Source: Nitrospinaceae bacterium (GTDB taxonomy: Bacteria > Nitrospinota > Nitrospinia > Nitrospinales > Nitrospinaceae). From it: DNA of 64,000 bases. Where the stretch lies: positions 3,840,001 to 3,904,000 of the forward strand of contig OZ245011.1 in the NCBI GenBank assembly GCA_965223665.1, in the 5' to 3' direction. The stretch's first letter is position 1. The number at the start of each line of letters is the position of its first letter. The notes beneath the pieces are model-generated. The model made no database searches, had not been told where the DNA came from, and saw nothing but the letters and a program-made list of their open reading frames with translations. Shown here piece by piece: positions 38,417-48,171 of the stretch. The position numbers and the translations under genes are program-made.

Positions 38417-39880
38417 ATGACAGATGAATTAAATCCAAAATTGACTGATATGGATGAAGTATTGGCCAACACGGATTATAAATATGGATTTCAAACAGAA
38501 GTAGATGCAGAAGTTTTACCAAAAGGACTTAATGAAGAGGTTATTCGGACGATCTCAAAAAAGAAAAATGAACCTGAGTTCATGTTGGAATTCCGTTTGA
38601 AGGCCTATCGAAAATGGTTGACGATGGAAGAACCCAAATGGCCGAATGTTCAATATCCTCCTATTGATTACCAGGACATTTCATACTACTCAGCACCCAA
38701 GCCGAAAAAGAAACTCAAAAGCTTGGATGAAGTCGACCCTGAAATATTGCGCACGTTTGACAAATTAGGAATCCCTCTTGACGAACAGAAAAAGTTGTCA
38801 AATGTTGCCGTAGACGCTGTCTTTGACAGTGTTAGTGTCGCCACAACCCATAAGAAAAAACTGATGGAAGTGGGTATTATTTTTTGTTCAATATCTGAGG
38901 CATTGCAAGAATACCCCGAACTTGTGGAAGAGTATCTAGGTACGGTGGTACCCATTGGTGACAATTTCTACTCGGCTCTAAATAGTGCGGTCTTTACTGA
39001 TGGATCATTCGTATATATTCCACCGGATACCATCTCCCCTATGGAACTTTCCACTTATTTTCGAATTAACACTGAAGAAACCGGACAATTTGAAAGAACA
39101 TTGATAATTTGTGCTGAGAATAGTTATGTCTCTTATTTGGAGGGTTGTACTGCTCCCCAATTCGATACGAATCAACTTCATGCCGCCGTAGTTGAACTGG
39201 TTACATTGGATAATGCTGAAATAAAATACAGCACGGTTCAAAATTGGTATGCAGGCGATCCAGAAACAGGAAAAGGTGGAATTTATAATTTTGTAACTAA
39301 ACGTGGAAAATGTTTGGGAGAAAAATCTAAAATTTCTTGGACCCAAGTCGAGACAGGATCTGCGATTACCTGGAAATACCCTAGCTGTATTTTGCAGGGT
39401 GATAATAGTCAGGGAGAGTTTTTTTCTGTGGCGCTTACTAATGGATTAATGCAGGCAGATACGGGGACGAAAATGATCCATATTGGAAAAAATACGCGAT
39501 CCAGTATTATTTCGAAAGGAATCTCTGCAGATAAATCCAGTAATAGTTATCGGGGATTGGTTAAAGTTAATAAGAATGCTGAAAATGCCCGCAATTATAC
39601 GCAATGTGACAGTATGTTGGTGGGGGATCAAAGTAGTGCTCACACTTTCCCTTATATCGAAACAGCTAATAGCTCGGTTCAGCTTGAACATGAAGCCTCC
39701 ACTTCAAAAATTAGTGAAGAGCAATTGTTTTACTTTGAACAGCGAGGAATTTCTAGAGAGAATGCAATAACAGCACTAATTAATGGGTTTTGCAAGGAAG
39801 TGTTTAAACAGCTTCCAATGGAGTTTGCCGTTGAAGCAGAAAAGTTGTTGACTTTGAAGCTAGAAAATAGTGTTGGATAA
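38417..39880 (+). CDS. sufB: Fe-S assembly scaffold SufB
   Basis: [28 protein letters not shown] and HEASTSKI. Confidence 0.98.
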   Translation: MTDELNPKLTDMDEVLANTDYKYGFQTEVDAEVLPKGLNEEVIRTISKKKNEPEFMLEFRLKAYRKWLTMEEPKWPNVQYPPIDYQDISYYSAPKPKKKLKSLDEVDPEILRTFDKLGIPLDEQKKLSNVAVDAVFDSVSVATTHKKKLMEVGIIFCSISEALQEYPELVEEYLGTVVPIGDNFYSALNSAVFTDGSFVYIPPDTISPMELSTYFRINTEETGQFERTLIICAENSYVSYLEGCTAPQFDTNQLHAAVVELVTLDNAEIKYSTVQNWYAGDPETGKGGIYNFVTKRGKCLGEKSKISWTQVETGSAITWKYPSCILQGDNSQGEFFSVALTNGLMQADTGTKMIHIGKNTRSSIISKGISADKSSNSYRGLVKVNKNAENARNYTQCDSMLVGDQSSAHTFPYIETANSSVQLEHEASTSKISEEQLFYFEQRGISRENAITALINGFCKEVFKQLPMEFAVEAEKLLTLKLENSVG

Positions 39881-40106
39881 AAATTATTGGGGTTGCAGTC
39901 GCATTTAGAAATAAAAAGATTTTCGAAGCTTCAAAGCTTTTATTTAAAAAATTCGCTTAATTTTGATTTTAGGTGTGCTTTAAGTTGTTAAATTGAAGGC
40001 CAGGTAGGGAATTTCCCGAAAAAATATGCCTGGCTTCATTCATTTTATATTTGTCGATAGTGGAATAGGTGAATTCCATTGTTTGAAACATATTTGAGGA
40101 TCGAAA

Positions 40107-40856
40107 ATGCTTGAAATAAAAGATTTACATGCAGGTTTTGATGGTACAGAAATAGTTAAGGGAGTAAACCTTTCAGTGAATAGAGGTGAAATTCATGCGG
40201 TAATGGGGCCCAATGGTTCCGGTAAAAGCACCTTATCTAAAGTTTTAGCAGGCCACCCCGCTTATCAGGTGAGTAAGGGCACTGTGACTTTAGATGGGAA
40301 AGATCTTTTGGATATGGATCCAGAAGTAAGGGCTCTAGAAGGAGTGTTTATGGGTTTTCAATATCCTGTAGAAATTCCTGGTGTAAATAATGCTGAGTTT
40401 TTACGCATGGCTTTTAATGCGAAAAAAGTCCACTTGGGGGAAGAGGAGATTGATCCACTCGATTTTGATGAAATTCTTGATGAAAAAATGAAATTAGTGG
40501 GAATGGATAAGAAATATAAAAATCGATTTTTAAATGAAGGTTTCTCTGGGGGAGAAAAAAAGAAAAATGAAATCTTACAGATGGCTATTTTAGAACCTAA
40601 ATTAGCAATTTTAGATGAGACAGACTCTGGATTAGACATTGATGCTTTAAAGGTAGTGGCTGAAGGAGTGAATAAACTAGTAAACCAAAACAACGCGTTA
40701 ATTTTGATCACCCATTATCAGCGCCTCTTAAACTATATTCAACCGGACTTCGTCCATGTTTTTAGCCAGGGCCAAATTATAAAGTCCGGTGATAAAGGTT
40801 TGGCTAAAGAATTAGAAGCCGAAGGTTACGATAAATTAACTGCTGCTGCTAAGTAG
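40107..40856 (+). CDS. sufC: Fe-S assembly ATPase SufC
   Basis: GPNGSGKST, FQYPVEIPGV, FSGGEKK and LDETDSGLD. Confidence 0.98.
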   Translation: MLEIKDLHAGFDGTEIVKGVNLSVNRGEIHAVMGPNGSGKSTLSKVLAGHPAYQVSKGTVTLDGKDLLDMDPEVRALEGVFMGFQYPVEIPGVNNAEFLRMAFNAKKVHLGEEEIDPLDFDEILDEKMKLVGMDKKYKNRFLNEGFSGGEKKKNEILQMAILEPKLAILDETDSGLDIDALKVVAEGVNKLVNQNNALILITHYQRLLNYIQPDFVHVFSQGQIIKSGDKGLAKELEAEGYDKLTAAAK

Positions 40857-40866
40857 GAGAAATAGA

Positions 40867-42180
40867 ATGACGGGCTCAATGGCAGATTTAAAGCAAACAC
40901 AAGAAGCAGAAATCATTGATTTATTTAAAAAAATTAAACCCTCCGATAGTTTGCAGGAACTACGAGAAGCAGCTATTCATCGATTTGAGGCTTTAAAGTT
41001 TCCACACAAAAAACATGAAATGTATACGTTTGCCAATGTGAAGGAGTTGGCTACCACCTCTTTCGTTTTGGCAAAAGAAGGGCCAATAGATTCAAAATTA
41101 ATTTTAGATAATGTGTACCCGTCTTGTAAAAATAGCTTTATTGTTTTTGTGAATGGATTTTTCCATGAGGGGCTGTCAAATATTTCTTCAATGGGAACTT
41201 CAATAAAGTTAATTGATTTAAATTCGGCGACTTTAGATAAAACTTTGCATTCCTATTTATTAGAAACAAATTCTAATGAAAATGATGTGTTTGCTACTTT
41301 AAATGGGGCTTTTTCTAATGGTGGATTACTTGTTGATGTTGCCGAAAACGCTACCTTTGAACAACCGTTACAAATTGTTTATGTTTCCCATTCCTCATCA
41401 CCCCAACCAATGACTTCACATCCACGTTTATTGATTCGACTTGGGAAATCAGCAGAGTTGAAGTTGATTGTTAAATTCTTAGGATGTGGAGAGAAGTATT
41501 TTGTGAACTGTGTTCAAGACTTTTTAGTTGAGGAAAATGCAGGTCTTACTTATTCGCAAATTCAACAGGATAATGCAAATGCTTGGCATTGCTCTAAAAC
41601 GCGTGCCAACATAAAAAGAAATGGTCGGTTTATTTCTTCTAATGCATCCTCCGGAAACCGTTTGACCCGGCACCATTATGAAGTCCATTTAAAAGATGAG
41701 GGAGCTGAAGCCCAACTGAATGGAGCTTCTGTTTTGATAAATGAAGAACAGGTTCATAACTTTGTTCGCATTCATCATGAAGCGCCTCATTGTACGAGCC
41801 AGCAATTATTTAGAAATGTTATTAATCATAAAGGGCGTTCAAGCTTTGATGGAACGGTGATCGTCAATAAAGGGGCGCAACTAACATATTCTGATCAATT
41901 AATAAATAACTTAATGCTTTCAGATGAAGCTCATGCAGATAATAAACCTAATTTAATGATTTTTGCAGATGATGTGAAATGTACTCACGGAGCAACCGTT
42001 GGGCAAATTGATGAGGATCAATTATTTTATTTGAAAACTCGAGGACTTTCCGAGGAGTTAGCGCAATCTTTGCTTACTAAAAGCTTTGTGGAAACGGTTA
42101 TACAAACAATACCTTTTCCCGAAGTTCGGGAGGACCTGGATGATATTTTATTGAAAAAATTGGAGGCCAATCATGGCTGA
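40867..42180 (+). CDS. sufD: Fe-S assembly protein SufD
   Basis: KPNLMIFADDVKCTHGATVGQID..LFYL.TRG; operon position. Confidence 0.95.
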   Translation: MTGSMADLKQTQEAEIIDLFKKIKPSDSLQELREAAIHRFEALKFPHKKHEMYTFANVKELATTSFVLAKEGPIDSKLILDNVYPSCKNSFIVFVNGFFHEGLSNISSMGTSIKLIDLNSATLDKTLHSYLLETNSNENDVFATLNGAFSNGGLLVDVAENATFEQPLQIVYVSHSSSPQPMTSHPRLLIRLGKSAELKLIVKFLGCGEKYFVNCVQDFLVEENAGLTYSQIQQDNANAWHCSKTRANIKRNGRFISSNASSGNRLTRHHYEVHLKDEGAEAQLNGASVLINEEQVHNFVRIHHEAPHCTSQQLFRNVINHKGRSSFDGTVIVNKGAQLTYSDQLINNLMLSDEAHADNKPNLMIFADDVKCTHGATVGQIDEDQLFYLKTRGLSEELAQSLLTKSFVETVIQTIPFPEVREDLDDILLKKLEANHG

Positions 42181-43426
42181 TGCAGATACAACCACTCTGG
42201 TTTCGGGGTTTGAGGTAGATAAAATTCGTAGTGAATTCCCTGTGCTTTCACAAAAGGTTAATGATAAACCCCTAGTTTATTTAGATAATGCGGCTACTAC
42301 TCAAAAACCCTGGCGGGTAATCAACCGAGTCCATAAGTTTGATTCTGAAGAGTATGGAACTGTGCGTCGCGGAGCTTATAGGGTAAGTGAAAGATCGACC
42401 CAGTTATATGAAGATGCACGACAAAAATTGGCAGACTTTCTAGGGACACCGGATCGCAAAGAAATTATTTTTACTAGTGGTACGACACAGTCGATAAATT
42501 TAGTGGCTCATAGTTATGGTAAAAAATTTGTAGAGTCTGGGGATGAAGTTATTATTTCTACTATCGAACACCACGCAAATACGGTTCCCTGGCAAGTTTT
42601 ATGTGAAGAAAAGGGTGCGAAATTAAAAGCAATCCCAGTAAACGACCGTGGCGAATTGATAATGGAAGAGTATGATAAGTTATTGACGAATCGTACTAAG
42701 GTAGTTTCCGTTAACCATGTTTCAAATGCATTGGGAACTATTAACCCTATTAAAGAAATCACTGATAAGGCCCAAGCTGTAGGCGCCAAGGTATTAATTG
42801 ATGGAGCGCAAAGTGCTCCTCACATGAAAGTGAATGTGAAAGAATTGGGTTGTGATTTTTATACATTTTCCGGACATAAAATGTATGGTCCCAGTGGCAT
42901 CGGAGGCCTTTATGGAAAAATGGAAGTGTTGGAGTCTATGATTCCTTATGTAACTGGCGGTGATATGATTCGCCAAGTTACCCTGGAAAAAGCAACTTAT
43001 GCGGATCCTCCTGCGCGATTTGAAGCTGGAACGCCACCAATTTCACAAGTTATTGGCCTTGGAGAAGCAGTTGATTATTTACAGGAAATTGGATTAGATA
43101 AAATAGCTGAATATGAGAATAGTTTATTAGAATATGGAACCCGACTGTTTGAAGACATTGGGGGATTAAATATTATTGGAACGGCAGAAGAAAAGGCGAG
43201 CATAATTTCTTTCCATTCAGATGTAATACATCCTCATGATATGGTTACATTATTGGATCAAGATGGAATTGCTGTAAGAGGGGGGCATCATTGTGCTCAA
43301 CCGACCATGCAAAGATTTCAGGTTCCGGCCACCTCTCGGGCGTCGGTATCTTTTTATAATAAATTTGAAGAGCTTGATGCTTTAGCTGAGAGCGTTCAAA
43401 AAGCGATTAAACTTTTTTCAGGATAA
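42173..43426 (+). CDS. sufS: Group II cysteine desulfurase SufS
   Basis: YLDNAATTQKP, EHHAN, SGHKM and RGGHHCAQP. Confidence 0.96.
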   Translation: MADADTTTLVSGFEVDKIRSEFPVLSQKVNDKPLVYLDNAATTQKPWRVINRVHKFDSEEYGTVRRGAYRVSERSTQLYEDARQKLADFLGTPDRKEIIFTSGTTQSINLVAHSYGKKFVESGDEVIISTIEHHANTVPWQVLCEEKGAKLKAIPVNDRGELIMEEYDKLLTNRTKVVSVNHVSNALGTINPIKEITDKAQAVGAKVLIDGAQSAPHMKVNVKELGCDFYTFSGHKMYGPSGIGGLYGKMEVLESMIPYVTGGDMIRQVTLEKATYADPPARFEAGTPPISQVIGLGEAVDYLQEIGLDKIAEYENSLLEYGTRLFEDIGGLNIIGTAEEKASIISFHSDVIHPHDMVTLLDQDGIAVRGGHHCAQPTMQRFQVPATSRASVSFYNKFEELDALAESVQKAIKLFSG

Positions 43427-43500
43427 TAACGACTATTTTTTAGATATTGAAATAGTGGTAAAACAAGTTTTTTTGGAGTTGATTGAAAAGGAATTAAATT

Positions 43501-43953
43501 ATGTCCTATGATAATGAGCTTTACCAACAGGTGATTCTGGATCATAACAAAAAGCCGAAAAATTTCCGTGATATGGAAGATGCTACTCATTCCTGTCATG
43601 GATTCAATCCGCTTTGTGGAGATGATTATACTGTTTACCTTAAGGTCGATGGCCAAAACATTATTCAGGATATTAGTTTTATGGGATCAGGATGCGCTAT
43701 ATCTAAGGCAAGTTCTTCATTAATGACCAGTTTTTTAAAAGGAAAACCTATTGAGGATGCTAAAGTTGTCTATGAAGAGTTTCACAAGATGGTATTAGGT
43801 GAATTTGATCCTGAAAAAGAAGAGAATCATTTGGGAAAACTAAAATTGTTTATGGGGATACGAGAATTCCCCTCACGAATTAAGTGCGCTAGTTTGTCAT
43901 GGCATTCTATGGTTGGCGCTTTAAATAAAGACGATAAGGTTACAACGGAATAA
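43501..43953 (+). CDS. sufU: SufU-type sulfur transfer protein
   Basis: LYQQVILDH, NPLCGD, GCAIS and RIKCA; follows sufS. Confidence 0.92.
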   Translation: MSYDNELYQQVILDHNKKPKNFRDMEDATHSCHGFNPLCGDDYTVYLKVDGQNIIQDISFMGSGCAISKASSSLMTSFLKGKPIEDAKVVYEEFHKMVLGEFDPEKEENHLGKLKLFMGIREFPSRIKCASLSWHSMVGALNKDDKVTTE

Positions 43954-43998
43954 TTTGAAGATTTAACTTCTAAATATCACCCCATCAAAAGGAGGTGG

Positions 43999-45069
43999 GT
44001 GATTAACACACCGAACGCACAATCCTTGTTAGATCAATCCACCCGGTCGGGTGATTTGTCCATCCCTTTAAAAAATAAATCACTCATTTGCACAGCTTGT
44101 GGGCATCGTTGTGAATTAAAGCCTGGAAAGCGAGGGGTTTGTAAAGTCCGGTTTAATGAAGAGGGTGTTTTAAGAGTTCCTTTTCAATATACAGCAGGAT
44201 TGCAGAATGATCCAATCGAGAAGAAACCCTTTTTTCATGTTTTACCAGGAAGTGATTCGCTAAGTTTTGGAATGTTGGGTTGTGACTTTAAATGTGGGTA
44301 TTGTCAAAACTGGTTTACCTCGCAAACTTTAAGCGATGAAGCTTCAACAGTAAGCTTCAACGCAATTACCTCCAATGAAATTTGTGACGTAGCGGAAAAG
44401 CATAAAGTAAAGACAATAATTTCTACTTATAATGAACCATTAATTACAAGTGAATGGGCTGTAGAGGTATTTAGAGAAGCGCGAACACGCAATTTTCTAA
44501 CCGGCTACGTTTCTAACGGTCACGGAACGCCCGAAGTGCTTGAATATATAAAACCTTGGTTAGATATAATTAAAATCGATTTAAAATGTTTTGATAAAAA
44601 TAAATATAGGAAATTGGGTGGGGGGTTGGATCAAGTATTGGAAACTATTCATTCGGTAAAAAGTATGGGATTTTGGTTGGAAATTGTTACCTTAGTGATT
44701 CCTGAATATAATGACTCAAACTCAGAATTAACCAAAATAGCGAAATTTATTGCTTCAATTTCTCCTGACATCCCTTGGCATGTAACCGGTTTTAATCCTC
44801 AATATAAAATGTTGGATAAAAGAAGTACCGAAATTAACCATTTAGTGAGGGCAAGGGATATCGGTATGAGTTTCGGGCTTCATTATGTTTATGCCGGAAA
44901 TAGGCCGGGCATGATTAAGAATGCAGAGGATACATTTTGTCCTAGTTGTAAGAGAACTTTAATTAAGCGTTTCGGATTTCGCGTTTTGAAAAACTATTTA
45001 ATCAATGGAAGATGTCCGCATTGTTTTTACTCCATTCCGGGGGTTTGGAGTAAAAATTTTCTAAAATAA
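43999..45069 (+). CDS. AmmeMemoRadiSam-system radical SAM enzyme
   Basis: N-terminal CTACGHRC..C, DPIEKKPFFH, CDFKCGYC, TYNEP and C-terminal CPSC..CPHC. Confidence 0.9.
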   Translation: MINTPNAQSLLDQSTRSGDLSIPLKNKSLICTACGHRCELKPGKRGVCKVRFNEEGVLRVPFQYTAGLQNDPIEKKPFFHVLPGSDSLSFGMLGCDFKCGYCQNWFTSQTLSDEASTVSFNAITSNEICDVAEKHKVKTIISTYNEPLITSEWAVEVFREARTRNFLTGYVSNGHGTPEVLEYIKPWLDIIKIDLKCFDKNKYRKLGGGLDQVLETIHSVKSMGFWLEIVTLVIPEYNDSNSELTKIAKFIASISPDIPWHVTGFNPQYKMLDKRSTEINHLVRARDIGMSFGLHYVYAGNRPGMIKNAEDTFCPSCKRTLIKRFGFRVLKNYLINGRCPHCFYSIPGVWSKNFLK

Positions 45070-45426
45070 GAGAGAAATGAAAAGTGGTTCTAATTCTTAA
45101 CCTTCAAAAAATGTTTTGTAATAATAAGATTCCTGTTTCGCCTCTTCAAGATACTCGCTTTGTAAAACCAAATTTTATAATCAATTAGAAAATTTTGGTT
45201 TCCTCGGTTTGATTTTCTGTTTAGTTGTGTCGCTAAAAATGTTAAGGTTGTTTCCCCGCCTTTTGCAGGCCTTATAAGGCTATTCAAAATTTTGGGAACT
45301 TATTCGAGGTTTTCTGTTTTGAGGCTGTATAAAAAATGGATGGGCGGGTTTCTTCATTTTATTGATTGAGTCCGATAGAAAATTTCTGATAAAAAAATGA
45401 TTTTGATTGAAAATAAAATAAGGAGA

Positions 45427-47145
45427 ATGGGAAGTTTTAAAAGTTTGATTTTTGCTTGTGTTTTAATTTGGGTTTCATCAAATGCATTTGGACAAACTAA
45501 TGTTCCGCCAGCTGGGGAATCGGGCGTAATTGAAAAATCCCTGCGGTCTTCTCGTCCACAGTTTCAATCACCTGAGAAAGATATATCAAATATAATAAAA
45601 AATGATAGCCGAAAGGTTGAGGATCCTGGAGCCGGACCGCGTTTTTTTGTTGAAAAAATTCAGGTTCAAGGAAATACTCTGTTTTCCGATCAAGAATTAG
45701 CTCCTTTTGTAAACTTAGGTGGCACGGTAGAAGTTACTTTAGGAGTTCTGACCTTAATTGCCAATGAAATTACCGCCTTTTATGTTTCCAAAGGCTATAT
45801 TTTATCTTTTGCCTATATTCCTCCTCAGGAAATTGCTAATGGGGTGGTCCTTGTCCAAATTGTAGAATCAAGGATTGGCAAAATAGAGGTGCAAGGGAAT
45901 GAAAGATATACTGACGGCGAGATTTTGTCTTGGATGGAACAAGTACAAAAAGAGCGGGTTTTAAGTGAGCAAACTCTAGAACGAGCTTTACTTGATTTGA
46001 ATGATATATATGGGCTAAAAGTGCAATCCATTTTAAAACCCGGTGATAAAACTGGAACTTCCGATTTAGTTTTAAAAATTCAAGAATCAAAATCCTTTAA
46101 ATTTGAATTTGATGTAGATAACTTTGGTTCTCGATTTACAGGTCGACATCGATTTGGTTTAACTGCTTCTATTGACAATTTAGGATTGTTTGGAGACTCA
46201 TTCTCTATTCGGGGTTTAAAGTCCGAAAACAATCAAAATTATATTAATGCTAATTATTCTGTTCCAGTTTCCAATTATGGAACGCGGGCCAACTTTTCCT
46301 TTATATATTCTGACTTTGTATTAGGAGATTCGTTGAGCATTTTAAATGCTGAAGGGACATCAAATCTCATTTTGTTTGATATTACCCAAAAGATACATCG
46401 TTCTCGAAGATCCGAATTGTACATTTCAATCGGAGGTGAAATTAGAAACTTTAAAAATAGCCAAGCTAATAATCAAACCAGCAACGATAAGTTAAGAGAT
46501 ATATTTTTGGGATTAGGAGGAAATTGGTCTGATGGATTGTTTGGAAGGACTTTTTATGATATTCGACTTCAATGGGGTTTTACTGAAGGAAATATTGCGG
46601 ACCCACTTAACTCTCGATTTCATGGCAGAGGAGATGTTTTGATTTCCAGCTTTTCTTTTCAAAGATTTCAATCCATAAAAATTTTTAATTCATACTTTGT
46701 GATTAGGGGGAAGGGACAAATTGTTGCCAATCGGGTATTATCACCGGATCAGTTTGCTATTGGTGGTTTTGGAACAGTGCGTGGTTTTCCCCTGGCTGAA
46801 AATGCTGGTGACAATGGATTTACTTTTTCCTGGGAGTATGTATTGCCTTTTCCTGTAAAAATTCCTTTAACTTCTAAACCAGGTTTAAAAAGTTTGAATG
46901 AAATACTTTCGTTGTTTGGCTTTATTGATCACGGTCAGATTTTTGTCAGAAATAAACAGCCTGGAGAAATTAATAGTGAATTAACCGGCGCGGGCGGAGG
47001 CATTCGCGTCAATATTCCGAAAATAGATTGGCTTTTTCCTCAGATTAGTATAACCGCCTCCTATGGCTTTCCTGTTTTTACAAATAATGACCCCTCCGAT
47101 GGTTCTTCATCTACATTTTATTTTGCTGGTTTGATTTCCTTTTAA
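45427..47145 (+). CDS. ShlB/FhaC/HecB (TpsB) two-partner secretion outer-membrane transporter
   Basis: Signal peptide, POTRA-like regions (Y..KGY..A.IPPQEI..G), DNFGS..TG, VRGF motif and terminal Phe. AGGAG RBS precedes ATG 45427. Confidence 0.93.
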   Translation: MGSFKSLIFACVLIWVSSNAFGQTNVPPAGESGVIEKSLRSSRPQFQSPEKDISNIIKNDSRKVEDPGAGPRFFVEKIQVQGNTLFSDQELAPFVNLGGTVEVTLGVLTLIANEITAFYVSKGYILSFAYIPPQEIANGVVLVQIVESRIGKIEVQGNERYTDGEILSWMEQVQKERVLSEQTLERALLDLNDIYGLKVQSILKPGDKTGTSDLVLKIQESKSFKFEFDVDNFGSRFTGRHRFGLTASIDNLGLFGDSFSIRGLKSENNQNYINANYSVPVSNYGTRANFSFIYSDFVLGDSLSILNAEGTSNLILFDITQKIHRSRRSELYISIGGEIRNFKNSQANNQTSNDKLRDIFLGLGGNWSDGLFGRTFYDIRLQWGFTEGNIADPLNSRFHGRGDVLISSFSFQRFQSIKIFNSYFVIRGKGQIVANRVLSPDQFAIGGFGTVRGFPLAENAGDNGFTFSWEYVLPFPVKIPLTSKPGLKSLNEILSLFGFIDHGQIFVRNKQPGEINSELTGAGGGIRVNIPKIDWLFPQISITASYGFPVFTNNDPSDGSSSTFYFAGLISF

Positions 47146-47342
47146 TTTCCCTGAATTCAATATTTTTTACGCCTTGGATAAAATATCGGTGATTATGAGA
47201 ATTTTTCATAATTTGATCTTAAATCCCAAAAAACAAACCCTAATGGGGTATTTATTCTGATAAATGGTAAAATTGCTTTACTTTTGTTGGGTAAGTTCAT
47301 AATATCTACAAGGTAAATCTAATTTATGGATAAAGGCTATCC

Positions 47343-48167
47343 ATGCAAAATCTTTCCATTATAAGAAAATACCTAATCTTTTTAGCCTCAATCTCAGTTT
47401 ATATTTTTTTTGGGGGTTTGAGCCTAGCCCATTCTGAAGAAAAATCCATCGGCAAAATAATAGCTATTATTGGCCAAGCAGAGTTTATTAATGAAACAGC
47501 AGAAGTAACTTCTGAACTTAAAGGTGGTTCGATAAAAAAGGTTTCCTCTCCGATTTGGCAGAAAGTGATTCCCCATCAAAAGGTTTTTCCTCAAGATGTA
47601 TTTAGAACCTCAAAGAAAAGTCGGCTGAGAATTCTTTTTAACGATAGTAGTTTAATGGCATTGGGACCTAGTACAAAGATGAAAGTCTCTTCATATATTG
47701 TTAATTCAGAAAAAAAGTTTCGAAAAGGTGTAATGGATTTAGCGCATGGGCTTTCAATGTATATTGTTAATAAACAGCATAAAAGTGAGGGCTCCTCTTT
47801 CAAAATGGTATCACCCACTGCAAATATTACTGCAAGAGGAACTCAAGGGTATTTAAGTGTGTCTAAACAAAAGACTCTAGTGGCAAATTTAGCGGGAGCT
47901 GTTTCTGCAGAAAATTCTGATCCAGCTGTTACTGGGGAAGTTTTAGTCGGAATCAAGGAAAGCTCTATAGTTGAGAAAGGCAAACCTCCTACAGAACCAC
48001 AGCCTATTCGTAATGTAGAATTACAGTTTCTACAGCAAACGGTTATGGGTTGGCCTAATCCAAAAATAGATGAAGAATCAAATGGGGATTCAACTTTAGA
48101 GGAAGCTTTTGAGGAAGATTTTGAGCCGTTTGATGATATTGATAGCAATTCTTGTAAATCAGGATGA
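47343..48167 (+). CDS. Exported FecR-domain protein
   Basis: Signal/TM, then D.FRT..SRL.I.F.DSS..LG..T and SPTANITARGT; acidic tail ending SNSCKSG. Confidence 0.85.
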   Translation: MQNLSIIRKYLIFLASISVYIFFGGLSLAHSEEKSIGKIIAIIGQAEFINETAEVTSELKGGSIKKVSSPIWQKVIPHQKVFPQDVFRTSKKSRLRILFNDSSLMALGPSTKMKVSSYIVNSEKKFRKGVMDLAHGLSMYIVNKQHKSEGSSFKMVSPTANITARGTQGYLSVSKQKTLVANLAGAVSAENSDPAVTGEVLVGIKESSIVEKGKPPTEPQPIRNVELQFLQQTVMGWPNPKIDEESNGDSTLEEAFEEDFEPFDDIDSNSCKSG

Positions 48168-48171
48168 ACAT

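Noticed and set aside
45090-45287. 65-aa ORF in the gap before tpsB
   Set aside because: No motif or convincing RBS; the region is more likely promoter DNA.
47343-48167. Iron-uptake (fecIRA-type) locus
   Set aside because: No ECF sigma or TonB-dependent receptor, and the upstream palindrome matches the Fur consensus poorly.
48109-48171. Apparent 59-nt overlap of fecR and tpsA, suggesting a frameshifted fusion
   Set aside because: ATG 48172 has an RBS and is followed by its own signal peptide and TPS domain. The overlap comes from choosing the upstream TTG.
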